DNA of 64,000 nucleotides from assembly GCA_963705475.1 (NCBI GenBank), contig CAVPJS010000030.1:147684-211683 (forward strand), written 5' to 3'. The DNA is from an uncultured delta proteobacterium. Lineage in GTDB: Bacteria; Desulfobacterota; Desulfobacteria; Desulfobacterales; Desulfosarcinaceae. Position 1 is the stretch's first letter. Every line of letters starts with the position of its first letter. The notes beneath the pieces are model-generated. The model ran no database searches. It was not told the origin of the DNA and was given only the letters and a program-made list of their open reading frames with translations. Shown piece after piece: positions 54,015 to 64,000 of the stretch. Made by a program: the position numbers and the translations under genes.

Positions 54015-56439
54015 TTAAAGGCTCCGTCGAGTCGGTGCCGGTGCAGTCGCCGGGTGGGCTGGCGCTTCCCAACTCAGAATCGGCCAATGGCAGCCGGATG
54101 ATAAAACTGGCACCTTTGCCCGGTGATGCATCAGCGAACATGGAACCGTTGTGGTTGTTGGTGATGATAAAATAGGAGACCGATAATCCCAAACCCGTTC
54201 CCACACCGACTTCCTTGGTGGTAAAAAATGGCTCGAATATGCGTTTGAGCTGCTGTGCATCCATCCCCGGCCCATTGTCAGACAGTTCAATGACCGCAGA
54301 ATCACCCTCCCGGCGCAGACTCAGCGTAATGCACGGCGGATGTAGCGGGTGCTTGTTTTCACCCATGGCCTGGGCCGCATTCCGCAGCAGGTTGAGAACC
54401 ACCTGCTCGATTTCGGTGGCGGCACAGGGGACCGGCCCCATGGTCGGTTCATATTGCCGAATGATCCGGATATGTCTGAAATCATATTTCTTTTTCAGAT
54501 CATAATCGTGGGCCGCCAACTCGATGGCCTTGTCCAACAACAGAGAGAGGTTTACCGGCATTTTTTTCGATTCGCTGCGTCGACTGAAACTGAGCATGTT
54601 TTCAACGATGTGCGCTGCACGTTCGCCGGAGACCCGGATATTTTCAATGAACCGGAAGATTTCTCTTTTTTCCAGATAACAGCGGATGGCCTCCAATCGG
54701 GTGCCGCAGGCCAACGCTTCCGTTTCATTGGCCGGCAATCCCGGAGACAGGCGCCGAACGACGTTTTGAAGACTTTGCAGCATCCCCCCCAGCGGATTGT
54801 TGATTTCGTGGGCCATGCCGGCGGCCAATCCTCCCACGCTCATCATTTTTTCGGTCTGCACCATCATGCTTTCCAATTTACGGGATTCCGTGATGTCGGT
54901 GCCGATGCACAGGTATTCCTTGACAGCGCCGGAACGGTCATGGGTGGCTCGGCTGGTCCAGGCAATCCACACCCGATTCCCGTTGCGCAGCAAGTTTGCA
55001 TATTCCTGCCCCCCACGGGCGTTGGATGGTCGGATCAACATGTTGATGCCGTCGGGGGCATTCTCAGGCACGATGGTGCCAACGACATGCTTTCCCGTAA
55101 TTTCTATTTCGGTGTATCCAAAAAACCGCTGTGCGAATTCATTGAAAAAAGTGATTATCCCCTGTGGCGTCATCCGCAGGATGATACTGTTTGCATTTTC
55201 AACCAGCTCCCTGTACTTTGCTTCGCTTTTGCGAATGGCCGCCTCCGCTTTTTTCCGATCGGCGATTTCGGTCCTCAAGCTTTCGCTATAAACCTCCAGC
55301 CGTTCCATAAACGCGTTAAAATAGTTGGCCAACATTCCCACCTCGTCACGGCTTTGCCGCTGCATGCGCACTGAGATGTCCCCCTTGGCACCCGATGCGA
55401 ATCGATTCATCAACTCTTGAAGCGGGTTGGCAATGGATGCGCTGATCCGCAAGGTAATCGGCAGGACCAAAATGAATGCAATCACCACGGTGGCCAGGAT
55501 CAGGTGCCCGATGGTTTTAAGGGGGGCGTAGAACTCCTCAAGGTAGCTGGAAGAGGCGACAATCCACTCATACTCGGGAATGTAGTTGAATATGACCAGT
55601 TTTTCGCGAGCCACCGGCTCATTGGGGAGTTCCCAGGAATAGATGATTTTGCCATTTTTCCGTTCGCAGATTTCCCGGATGAATTGACGCCCATTGAGAT
55701 CGATCGCTTCGAAATAATTACCCTTCAGGGAGGGGTGTATGATCAGATTACCCTCGATGTCCATTAAATAGGAATAACCCGTCTGGCCGAATACGATGGA
55801 CAGAATGCTGTCCCGAAAATCGTCCACATTGACCAGTTCCCTGAATTCATTCCGGTAGGAGGAGACCGAGATGATCCAGTCCCAGGGTTCGAAATGAGTC
55901 ATGTATAATGCCTTGGGTCGTGGATGGGTCTCGCCCGGATTCTTCCAGTTGTATTCCAGATAACCGACTTTTCGGATCTTCTGCTCGGCAATGAAGGCAT
56001 AGTCGGAGAGGTCCTCGTGGACCAGTTCAGGTTGCGGATGAATCAGAATAACACCGTGGCTGTCGATGCAGTAGATGTATCCGGTTTTTCCGATCGTCTG
56101 GCTCAGCATCACCTCTTGGGCTCGGCTTTTGGCCGCCTCCATGCTGTAGGCGCCGGCCAATGCCTGTTGATAAAAATGCTGAGTGATCTCCTTGTTTTTC
56201 TCGGCAACGGCGCGAAGGTGGTTTTTGATGGAAACACCGGCGGAAGACCGTACCATATTCAAAATGGTTTGGGTGGTATGGGTCAGCTCGCTTTCGATGT
56301 TGGTTTCGATAGCTTCCTTGACGAAGGCGTATATGATTCCGCTGCCAATCGAGAACGAGAGTACAAATACGGCTGAATAGCTGATGAGCAACTTGTAGCG
56401 GATACGAAGATCAGCAAATCGACGAGACAGGTTAAGCAT
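54004..56439 (-). CDS. Sensor histidine kinase with periplasmic Cache-like domain, HAMP, PAS, HisKA and HATPase
   Basis: Trimmed to MLNLSRRF, 6 nt after AGGAG. Two transmembrane segments flank a ~280-aa extracytoplasmic region. It has the AHEINNPL H-box and the G-box GTGLGLS. It overlaps the regulator gene by 11 nt. Confidence 0.9.
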   Translation of the reverse strand: MLNLSRRFADLRIRYKLLISYSAVFVLSFSIGSGIIYAFVKEAIETNIESELTHTTQTILNMVRSSAGVSIKNHLRAVAEKNKEITQHFYQQALAGAYSMEAAKSRAQEVMLSQTIGKTGYIYCIDSHGVILIHPQPELVHEDLSDYAFIAEQKIRKVGYLEYNWKNPGETHPRPKALYMTHFEPWDWIISVSSYRNEFRELVNVDDFRDSILSIVFGQTGYSYLMDIEGNLIIHPSLKGNYFEAIDLNGRQFIREICERKNGKIIYSWELPNEPVAREKLVIFNYIPEYEWIVASSSYLEEFYAPLKTIGHLILATVVIAFILVLPITLRISASIANPLQELMNRFASGAKGDISVRMQRQSRDEVGMLANYFNAFMERLEVYSESLRTEIADRKKAEAAIRKSEAKYRELVENANSIILRMTPQGIITFFNEFAQRFFGYTEIEITGKHVVGTIVPENAPDGINMLIRPSNARGGQEYANLLRNGNRVWIAWTSRATHDRSGAVKEYLCIGTDITESRKLESMMVQTEKMMSVGGLAAGMAHEINNPLGGMLQSLQNVVRRLSPGLPANETEALACGTRLEAIRCYLEKREIFRFIENIRVSGERAAHIVENMLSFSRRSESKKMPVNLSLLLDKAIELAAHDYDLKKKYDFRHIRIIRQYEPTMGPVPCAATEIEQVVLNLLRNAAQAMGENKHPLHPPCITLSLRREGDSAVIELSDNGPGMDAQQLKRIFEPFFTTKEVGVGTGLGLSVSYFIITNNHNGSMFADASPGKGASFIIRLPLADSELGSASPPGDCTGTDSTEPLNVS

Positions 56440-56667
56440 TCGCATCTCCTGTGACACGACGCGCCTCGGCCTGCAAAACGCGCGTGAGCAATTAAGGCGT
56501 CGTTCAGCCTAAAGAAGGGCGATGGGTCATGTCAACAGGTAAAAACGGAGGGACGGAACGTGATCGACCAGCCTCGACGGATGGACGCATGACAAGGGGC
56601 CGAAACCGAGAAAGGGGGCATGGCAGGGAAAATGGCGGAGAATATTACTGCGGCGCTGGAGAACGAA

Positions 56668-56886
56668 TCAGGCCGATTCAACCGATTTGATTTCGGGAAT
56701 TTGCTGCTTGAGTGCCCGCTCGATGCCGTTTTTCAGCGTCATCTGGGACATGGGGCAGCCGGCACAGGCGCCCTGGAGCCGAACCTTGACGATGCCGTTT
56801 TCCACACTGACGAGTTCCACATCACCACCGTCGGCCTGGAGCATGGGCCGGATCTTGTCGATGGCCGCTTGTACTTTTTCTTTCAT
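56668..56886 (-). CDS. NifU C-terminal-domain (Nfu-type) Fe-S scaffold protein
   Basis: Trimmed to [47 protein letters not shown] (CxxC motif). Confidence 0.85.
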   Translation of the reverse strand: MKEKVQAAIDKIRPMLQADGGDVELVSVENGIVKVRLQGACAGCPMSQMTLKNGIERALKQQIPEIKSVESA

Positions 56887-56944
56887 TGCATCTCCCCTTT
56901 CCCATTGTTGCCCAACCGCTGTTTGAATCGTGTCGAACGTCTGA

Positions 56945-58096
<1,152 letters not shown>

Positions 58097-58199
58097 TTAT
58101 GCTGACGTCCACGGTTCACCTTGGTCCTTTGGCCTGTTTTCCCGATTTAACCGATCACTCAACGAACCTGTTGAACCCGGAACTCAGAACGCTGAACCG

Positions 58200-59261
58200 T
58201 TAGTCAATCAACATCGCATCCCCATAACTGAAAAAACGGTACGTATTTTCCACCGCCGTTTGGTAGGCGCGCAAAATGGTTTCCCTGTCGGCGAAGGCGG
58301 ACACCAGCATGAGCAGGGTGGATCGAGGCAGATGAAAATTGGTGATGATGGCGTCCACGCACTTAAATGGGTAGCCGGGATAGATGAACAGATTGCACCG
58401 GCCGCCTCCCGGTTGGACCACGCCGTCCGATCCGGTGGCAAACTCCAACGTGCGCACGCTGGTGGTGCCCACGGCCACCACCCGGCAGCCGTCTGCCTTG
58501 GCCTGGTTGACGATCCGGGCCGTCTCTTCCGGAATCGCGTACCACTCCTCGTGCATGCGGTGATCCCGGATATCATCCACACGCACCGGTACGAACGTGC
58601 CGTAGCCGACGTGAAGGGTGACGGCCGTCACCCTGACGCCTTTTTCGCTGAGCTGCGACAATACCGCATCGGTAAAATGCAGACCTGCGGTAGGCGCGGC
58701 AATGGCGCCCTGCTCACGGGCATAAACGGTCTGATAACGCATCCGGTCCGCTTCATCCGGCTGCGTCTCGTCCCTTCTGATGTAGGGTGGCAAAGGCATC
58801 CGCCCGATCCGGTGGAGCAGGCCGTCAAAGGGCTCCGGTGCCGAAAAGGCGACCGTATAGATGCCGTCTGAAAAATCCAGGACCTCGGCGACCAGTCCTT
58901 CGTCGAAATAAATCCGCATACCGGCACCAGCCTGCTTGGAGGCCTTGATCAGACAGCGATAGACCCGTTGGCGGTCATCGCGGCCGCGGCCATCCGTTTC
59001 GCCATAGTCAAGAATCAGCAGTTCGGCTTTGCCGCCGGTGGCCTTGCGGCCATGCAAGCGTCCCGGAACGACGCGGGTGTTGTTCACCACCAGGACGTCC
59101 GACGGGCGCAGCAAGCTGACGATATCAGTGAAATGCCGGTGTGAAAGAGCGCCACTGCCGCGGTTCAGGTGAAGCAGCCTGGATCCGTCCCTTTCGGTTG
59201 ACGGGATCTGGGCGATCAGCGCCTCCGGCAGGTGATAGTCGTAATCGTCTAGGGTATACAT
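58200..59261 (-). CDS. queA: S-adenosylmethionine:tRNA ribosyltransferase-isomerase
   Basis: Trimmed to MYTLDDYDYHLPEALIAQIPSTERDGSRLL. C-terminus FFSYGDAMLI. Confidence 0.95.
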   Translation of the reverse strand: MYTLDDYDYHLPEALIAQIPSTERDGSRLLHLNRGSGALSHRHFTDIVSLLRPSDVLVVNNTRVVPGRLHGRKATGGKAELLILDYGETDGRGRDDRQRVYRCLIKASKQAGAGMRIYFDEGLVAEVLDFSDGIYTVAFSAPEPFDGLLHRIGRMPLPPYIRRDETQPDEADRMRYQTVYAREQGAIAAPTAGLHFTDAVLSQLSEKGVRVTAVTLHVGYGTFVPVRVDDIRDHRMHEEWYAIPEETARIVNQAKADGCRVVAVGTTSVRTLEFATGSDGVVQPGGGRCNLFIYPGYPFKCVDAIITNFHLPRSTLLMLVSAFADRETILRAYQTAVENTYRFFSYGDAMLID

Positions 59262-59618
59262 TTGTTGCGGCCAGCCCGAGCGGCCATTTCCTTTCCAGAA
59301 TAGTGGACAAAAGGGTCCGTGGCGTCGCCACCCCACTTCCCACCTTGATTGTATTTAGCAGTGACCATTCAGAAATGGTAGTTTTTTTGTCGCGGCCGAG
59401 GCCACATGCAAGGGTCGACCGATGCCCTTGCCGGACTGAAATGATTAGGTTCCCGCACGCTATTTGTCCTCCGGTTCGGGATCAAGCGTTGGGTTGGGCG
59501 GTCGGTTATTGCCGGCAAGACAAAGGCGCCCATAAAAATATAAACACAGTTCATTTAATGATTAAAATTTATAATATTTTTCTTGACAGAGGATTGGCTC
59601 GCGTTCTAACCTGCTTTG

Positions 59619-59636
59619 CCATAACAATGTTACACC
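59619..59636. promoter_or_regulatory. Candidate TetR operator, copy 1 (contains the perfect palindrome TAACAATGTTA)
   Basis: CCATAACAATGTTACACC, repeated at 59830..59848. It lies just downstream of a possible TTGACA-N18-TAACCT promoter. Confidence 0.35.
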
Positions 59637-59829
59637 ATCGACTCATAAAAATACCTTAAAAACATTTTTTTACATATATTTCAAATATATACTGATATTC
59701 TAAAAAAGAAACATCATTATTCAAATAATTATAATAAAAAGAAAACAAACAATAAATAAATTTTTATGTATTAAATACAGCATGTTAAAATATGACCAGA
59801 GATCGAACTCGCCTTTACGATCGGACAAA

Positions 59830-59848
59830 CCATAACAATGTTCACACC
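59830..59848. promoter_or_regulatory. Candidate TetR operator, copy 2, overlapping the tetR start codon
   Basis: CCATAACAATGTTCACACC. The embedded ATG (59838) is the start of the TetR gene. Confidence 0.35.
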
Positions 59849-60452
59849 TCTTAAACCCGAAGTATACCAACGCCTGGAAGAGGCTGTTTTGGACATTTTT
59901 TCCCACTCCGATTTTCACAAGGCCAATATCCGCGACGTGGCCAACCGGGCGGGGGTGAGTTTTTCCACCATTTACAAACATTACGGATCGAAGGAGCGGC
60001 TGGTATTCGCCTTTGTGGACATCTGGCTGGGCAAACTGACCGAACGAATCTACGACCACCTCCAGGGCATCGAAGATCTGAAGGAAAAAATGCGCAAAGT
60101 CCTCTGGCTCCAATTGGATTACTACGAGCGCAATCCGGGACTGGCCAGAATCATTTTCATGACCCTGCCCATGAAAACCTGGATGACCGACGAAACGTTC
60201 AAGCAGAAAAAGATGATCCACCTCTATCTGGAGGTCATGAGAAACGGCCAGAAAGCGGGGCACCTGAATCCGCATGTGCGCGCCGGCGTATTGTTGGATT
60301 TCATGTTGGGGACGGTGCAGCGGGCATTTACCATGTGGATCTCCAGGGGGCAGCAGGGCCGGCTGACCGACCAGGCCGGCATGCTTTTCGAAATGGTCTG
60401 GCGAGCCATTTCCAATCCGGGTAACGATCGGAATGGACACACCGGCCGTTGA
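59838..60452 (+). CDS. TetR-family transcriptional regulator
   Basis: 204 aa. N-terminal HTH FHKANIRDVANRAGVSFSTIYKHYGSKERL. Confidence 0.9.
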   Translation: MFTPLKPEVYQRLEEAVLDIFSHSDFHKANIRDVANRAGVSFSTIYKHYGSKERLVFAFVDIWLGKLTERIYDHLQGIEDLKEKMRKVLWLQLDYYERNPGLARIIFMTLPMKTWMTDETFKQKKMIHLYLEVMRNGQKAGHLNPHVRAGVLLDFMLGTVQRAFTMWISRGQQGRLTDQAGMLFEMVWRAISNPGNDRNGHTGR

Positions 60453-60551
60453 CGGCCGCGTCCGCATTGCAATGCTGATAAAATGGCGCGTATGGGAAGA
60501 GCGGTAACGCCTTTGGATTTCGATCAACCGTCTTTTACAAAGGAGCACACC

Positions 60552-62684
60552 ATGTCAGAACATCCCGATTTTCAAAAATGGAAGGATTTGTCCGCCAAGC
60601 AGCTCAGGGGAAAGACCCTGGAAGACCTTGAATGGGACACCCCGGAAGGAATCCGGGTCAAGCCGTTGTATACGGCCCAGGACCTGGAAGGGATGCCCCA
60701 CGTCAACACCCTGCCCGGCTTCGCCCCCTATGTCCGCGGCCCCATGGCCACCATGTATGCCGGTCGCCCCTGGACCATCCGCCAGTACGCCGGCTTCTCG
60801 ACGGCCAAGGACTCCAACGCCTTTTACCGCCGCAACCTGGCCGCGGGCCAAAAGGGACTCTCGGTGGCCTTTGACCTGGCCACCCACCGCGGTTATGATT
60901 CGGACCATCCCCGGGTGATGGGCGATGTGGGCAAGGCTGGGGTGGCCATCGACTCGGTGGAAGACATGAAGGTGCTCTTCGACCAGATCCCCCTCGACAA
61001 AATGAGCGTCTCCATGACCATGAACGGGGCGGTGCTGCCCATCATGGCGGGCTATATCGTTGCCGCTGAAGAGCAGGGCGTCAACCAAGGTCAACTTTCC
61101 GGCACCATCCAGAACGACATCCTGAAGGAGTACCTGACCCGCAACACCTACATCTACCCGCCCGCGCCCTCCATGCGCATCGTTTCGGACATCATCGCCT
61201 ACTGCTCCGAAAACATGCCCAAATTCAACACGGTCAGCATCAGCGGCTACCACATGATGGAAGCCGGCGCCAACAGCGTGCTCCAGACGGCCTTCACCCT
61301 GGCGGACGGTCTGGAATACGTGCGCGCCGCCATCGCCGCCGGACTGGACATCGACGCATTTGCCCCCCGGCTCAGCTTTTTCTTCGGCGTGGGCATGAAC
61401 TTTTTCATGGAGATCGCCATGCTGCGGGCAGCCCGCTACCTGTGGCATGACATGCTCAAGCCCTTCAACCCGAAAAATCCCAAGTCCTCCATGCTGCGGA
61501 CCCACGTCCAAACCTCGGGCTGGAGCCTCACCCAGCAGGACCCCTACAACAATATTATCCGCACCACCTTAGAAGCCCTGGCCGCTGTGCTGGGCGGCAC
61601 CCAGAGCCTGCACACCAACTCCTTTGATGAGGCCGTGGGATTGCCGACGGACTTTTCGGCCCGCATCGCCCGCAACACCCAGATCATTATTCAGGAAGAG
61701 TCCCAGGTCTGCCATACCGTCGATCCCTTGGGCGGTTCATACTATATCGAATCGCTCACCGACGGTATCATCAAGGAAGCCCGCAAGATCATCGACGAGG
61801 TCGAGCAGCTGGGCGGCATGGCCAAGGCCATCGAAACCGGGATGCCCAAATTGCGCGTCGAAGAGTCGGCGGCCCGCAAGCAGGCGCGCATCGACCAGGG
61901 ACTGGATGTCATCGTCGGCGTCAACAAATACAAGCTCGCCGAAGACACCCCCATGGACGTGCTGGAAGTCTCGGAACAGGTGCGCGAAGATCAGATCCGC
62001 ATGATCAACCAACTCAAGGCCGAGCGAGACGACGCGGCCGTGCGCAGTGCCCTCAACGGTGTCACCCAGGCCGCCGAAAGCGGCGGCAACCTGCTGGCGG
62101 CCAGCATCGCGGCCATCCGCGCCCGGGCCACCGTGGGCGAGGTGTCCGACGCCATGGAAAAGGTCTTCGGTCGGTTCGTGGCCACCACCCAATGCATCTC
62201 CGGGGTTTACGCGTCGGAATATTCGGACGGCGCGGTCATCGACGCCATTCGCAAGCGCACCGCCAAATTTATGGAAAACGAGGGCCGTCGCCCGCGTATT
62301 CTGCTCACCAAAATGGGCCAGGACGGGCATGACCGCGGCGTCAAGGTGGTGGCGACCGCCTTTGCCGATCTGGGCTTTGACGTGGACATCAGCCCCATGT
62401 TCCAGACGCCCGAGGAAGCGGCCAAAATGGCTGTGGAGAACGACGTTCACCTGGTGGGCGCCTCCAGCCTGGCCGCCGGCCACAAGGCGTTGGTGCCCCA
62501 ACTCATCAACGCCCTGAAAAAAGCCGGCGGCGAAGACATTCTGGTCATCGTCGGGGGTGTGATTCCACCCGGGGACTACGACTTTCTGTATCAAGCCGGC
62601 GCAGCAGGCGTCTTCGGCCCCGGCACGGCCATTACTGAATCGGCCAACAAGGTGCTCAACGCGCTGGATGAGCGCAAGGCATAA
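60552..62684 (+). CDS. Methylmalonyl-CoA mutase (single-chain, catalytic plus B12-binding domains)
   Basis: [40 protein letters not shown]...C-terminal [15 protein letters not shown] (DxHxxG B12 motif). Confidence 0.95.
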   Translation: MSEHPDFQKWKDLSAKQLRGKTLEDLEWDTPEGIRVKPLYTAQDLEGMPHVNTLPGFAPYVRGPMATMYAGRPWTIRQYAGFSTAKDSNAFYRRNLAAGQKGLSVAFDLATHRGYDSDHPRVMGDVGKAGVAIDSVEDMKVLFDQIPLDKMSVSMTMNGAVLPIMAGYIVAAEEQGVNQGQLSGTIQNDILKEYLTRNTYIYPPAPSMRIVSDIIAYCSENMPKFNTVSISGYHMMEAGANSVLQTAFTLADGLEYVRAAIAAGLDIDAFAPRLSFFFGVGMNFFMEIAMLRAARYLWHDMLKPFNPKNPKSSMLRTHVQTSGWSLTQQDPYNNIIRTTLEALAAVLGGTQSLHTNSFDEAVGLPTDFSARIARNTQIIIQEESQVCHTVDPLGGSYYIESLTDGIIKEARKIIDEVEQLGGMAKAIETGMPKLRVEESAARKQARIDQGLDVIVGVNKYKLAEDTPMDVLEVSEQVREDQIRMINQLKAERDDAAVRSALNGVTQAAESGGNLLAASIAAIRARATVGEVSDAMEKVFGRFVATTQCISGVYASEYSDGAVIDAIRKRTAKFMENEGRRPRILLTKMGQDGHDRGVKVVATAFADLGFDVDISPMFQTPEEAAKMAVENDVHLVGASSLAAGHKALVPQLINALKKAGGEDILVIVGGVIPPGDYDFLYQAGAAGVFGPGTAITESANKVLNALDERKA

Positions 62685-62756
62685 TCAGTTGATGGCCATT
62701 ATGATTTCTCCAATGATTGATGATTCGAATATCCCTTCTTCAAGATCATTTGGTTT

Positions 62757-62790
62757 GGAATTTTGAATTTGGCTATTGTGATTGATTTGT
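62757..62790. repeat. AT-rich 34-nt motif, copy B (30/34 identical to 39161..39194)
   Basis: GGAATTTTGAATTTGGCTATTGTGATTGATTTGT, within the 213-nt mutase-meaB spacer. Confidence 0.6.
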
Positions 62791-62897
62791 CATTTGGGTG
62801 TTGGTTCTTTTTATTGGGCTTTTGTTTGCTGACATAAAAAAGACGAATTTCAAGTTTAAGATACTAAAAACAGTATAGTCAGGAACTATATTTTCCA

Positions 62898-63884
62898 ATG
62901 GGTGAAAGCGACCCTGAATTTTACATCGACGGCGTCCGCGCCGGCAACCGCCGCATCCTGGCCAAGACCATCACCCTGATCGAAAGTGCACACCCCGCGC
63001 ACCGGCAATTGGGACGCACCGTGGTGGACCGGCTGCTTCCTGAAACAGGAAAGGCCGTGCGTTTAGGCATCACCGGCGTTCCCGGTGTCGGAAAAAGCAC
63101 CTTCATCGAAAGCTTCGGCATGATGCTGGTGGAAAAGAGGCTTCAGGTGGCGGTGCTGGCCGTCGACCCTTCCAGCACCCGCAGCGGCGGCAGCATCATG
63201 GCCGACAAAACCCGAATGGAACGGCTCTCCGTTGCGCCGGGTGCGTTCATCCGCCCGTCACCCTCCGGCGGCACCCTGGGCGGCGTGGCCCGCATGACCC
63301 GGGAGACCCTGCTGGTATGTGAAGCTGCCGGGTTCGATGTGGTGATAGTGGAAACGGTGGGCGTGGGACAGTCGGAAACCACGGTGGCCTCCATGGTCGA
63401 TTTCTTCCTGGTGCTCATGCTGGCCGGCGCCGGAGACGAGCTTCAAGGCATCAAAAAAGGGGTCCTGGAGCTGGCCGACGCCGTGGCCATCAACAAAGCC
63501 GACGGCGATAACATCGAAAAGGCAGAGAAAGCCCGACGCGCCTATGAGATGGCCCTGCACCTGCTCAACCCGGCATCGCCTTCCTGGTCGCCGCCGGTGC
63601 TGGCCTGCAGTGCCTTGACATTGGCTGGTGTGGACACGTTATGGGAAACCATCCTGGAGTACCGCAGGCGGCTGACCGCCACCGGCGAACTCGCGGAAAA
63701 ACGTCGCCGCCAGGCGCTGGCCTGGATGTGGTCGCGCATCGAAGACGGACTCAAGGAGCGGTTCTTCGGCAACCATGCGGTCAAGGCCCGGCTGCGGGAT
63801 ATTGAAGCATCAGTGGAACGGGGCGATCTTTCCCCCACCGCAGGCGCTGATAGGCTTCTTTTTTTGCTTGACAACGATCGCTGA
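62898..63884 (+). CDS. meaB: Methylmalonyl-CoA mutase-associated G-protein chaperone (MeaB/ArgK)
   Basis: P-loop GVPGVGKSTFIE, ETVGVGQSE, NKADG motifs. Confidence 0.95.
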   Translation: MGESDPEFYIDGVRAGNRRILAKTITLIESAHPAHRQLGRTVVDRLLPETGKAVRLGITGVPGVGKSTFIESFGMMLVEKRLQVAVLAVDPSSTRSGGSIMADKTRMERLSVAPGAFIRPSPSGGTLGGVARMTRETLLVCEAAGFDVVIVETVGVGQSETTVASMVDFFLVLMLAGAGDELQGIKKGVLELADAVAINKADGDNIEKAEKARRAYEMALHLLNPASPSWSPPVLACSALTLAGVDTLWETILEYRRRLTATGELAEKRRRQALAWMWSRIEDGLKERFFGNHAVKARLRDIEASVERGDLSPTAGADRLLFLLDNDR

Positions 63885-64000
63885 TTCTATAAGGGTTAAA
63901 GTTTAAATTCCGGTGTGCATTCCATTTTTATAAATTGTTCAATCACTTATTATTTCAACAGATATTCAATTTGCGGACGGCTGACGGATGACCTTCATGA

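Overview
GC-rich chromosomal window that looks like a deltaproteobacterial, sulfate-reducer-type genome (taxonomy inferred from gene content only). It is almost entirely core metabolism and housekeeping. I saw no transposases, integrases, phage genes or CRISPR arrays.

Gene content, left to right:
- a periplasmic [NiFe]-type hydrogenase (Tat small subunit plus large subunit), with a convergent tungsten aldehyde:ferredoxin oxidoreductase and polyferredoxin lying between it and its maturation protease
- two tRNA-Ser genes
- an ldtD/ycbK-like pair
- mutL, gatCA, a SPOR-domain gene and argS
- flavodoxin-hdrA-mvhDGA-tusA-like, a cytoplasmic Hdr/Mvh module
- a frameshifted hybrid sensor kinase
- a large cyclase-like protein
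- pyrC and mntP
- an eight-gene, translationally coupled aromatic amino-acid operon (pheA-aroE-aroA-aroK-aroC-aminotransferase-tyrA-second prephenate dehydratase)
- an MFS transporter
- a sigma-54/two-component controlled satP-prpE unit
- nifU-like, tgt and queA
- tetR-methylmalonyl-CoA mutase-meaB

Most interesting observations:
1. The hydrogenase large subunit has a single in-frame TGA exactly at the second cysteine of the N-terminal RxCGxC nickel-site motif. A GGU-loop hairpin follows it. This suggests selenocysteine at a position different from described [NiFeSe] enzymes.
2. A 24-codon Phe/Tyr-rich leader peptide (FFCFYFFF) lies upstream of the aromatic operon, with a terminator and an alternative antiterminator pairing.
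3. Two genes carry 1-nt frame disruptions: the sensor kinase and the second prephenate dehydratase.
4. A near-consensus sigma-54 promoter sits in front of satP-prpE.
5. Several short repeated or inverted-repeat intergenic elements are present.

All calls rest on reading the sequence and on remembered family motifs. No database search was run.
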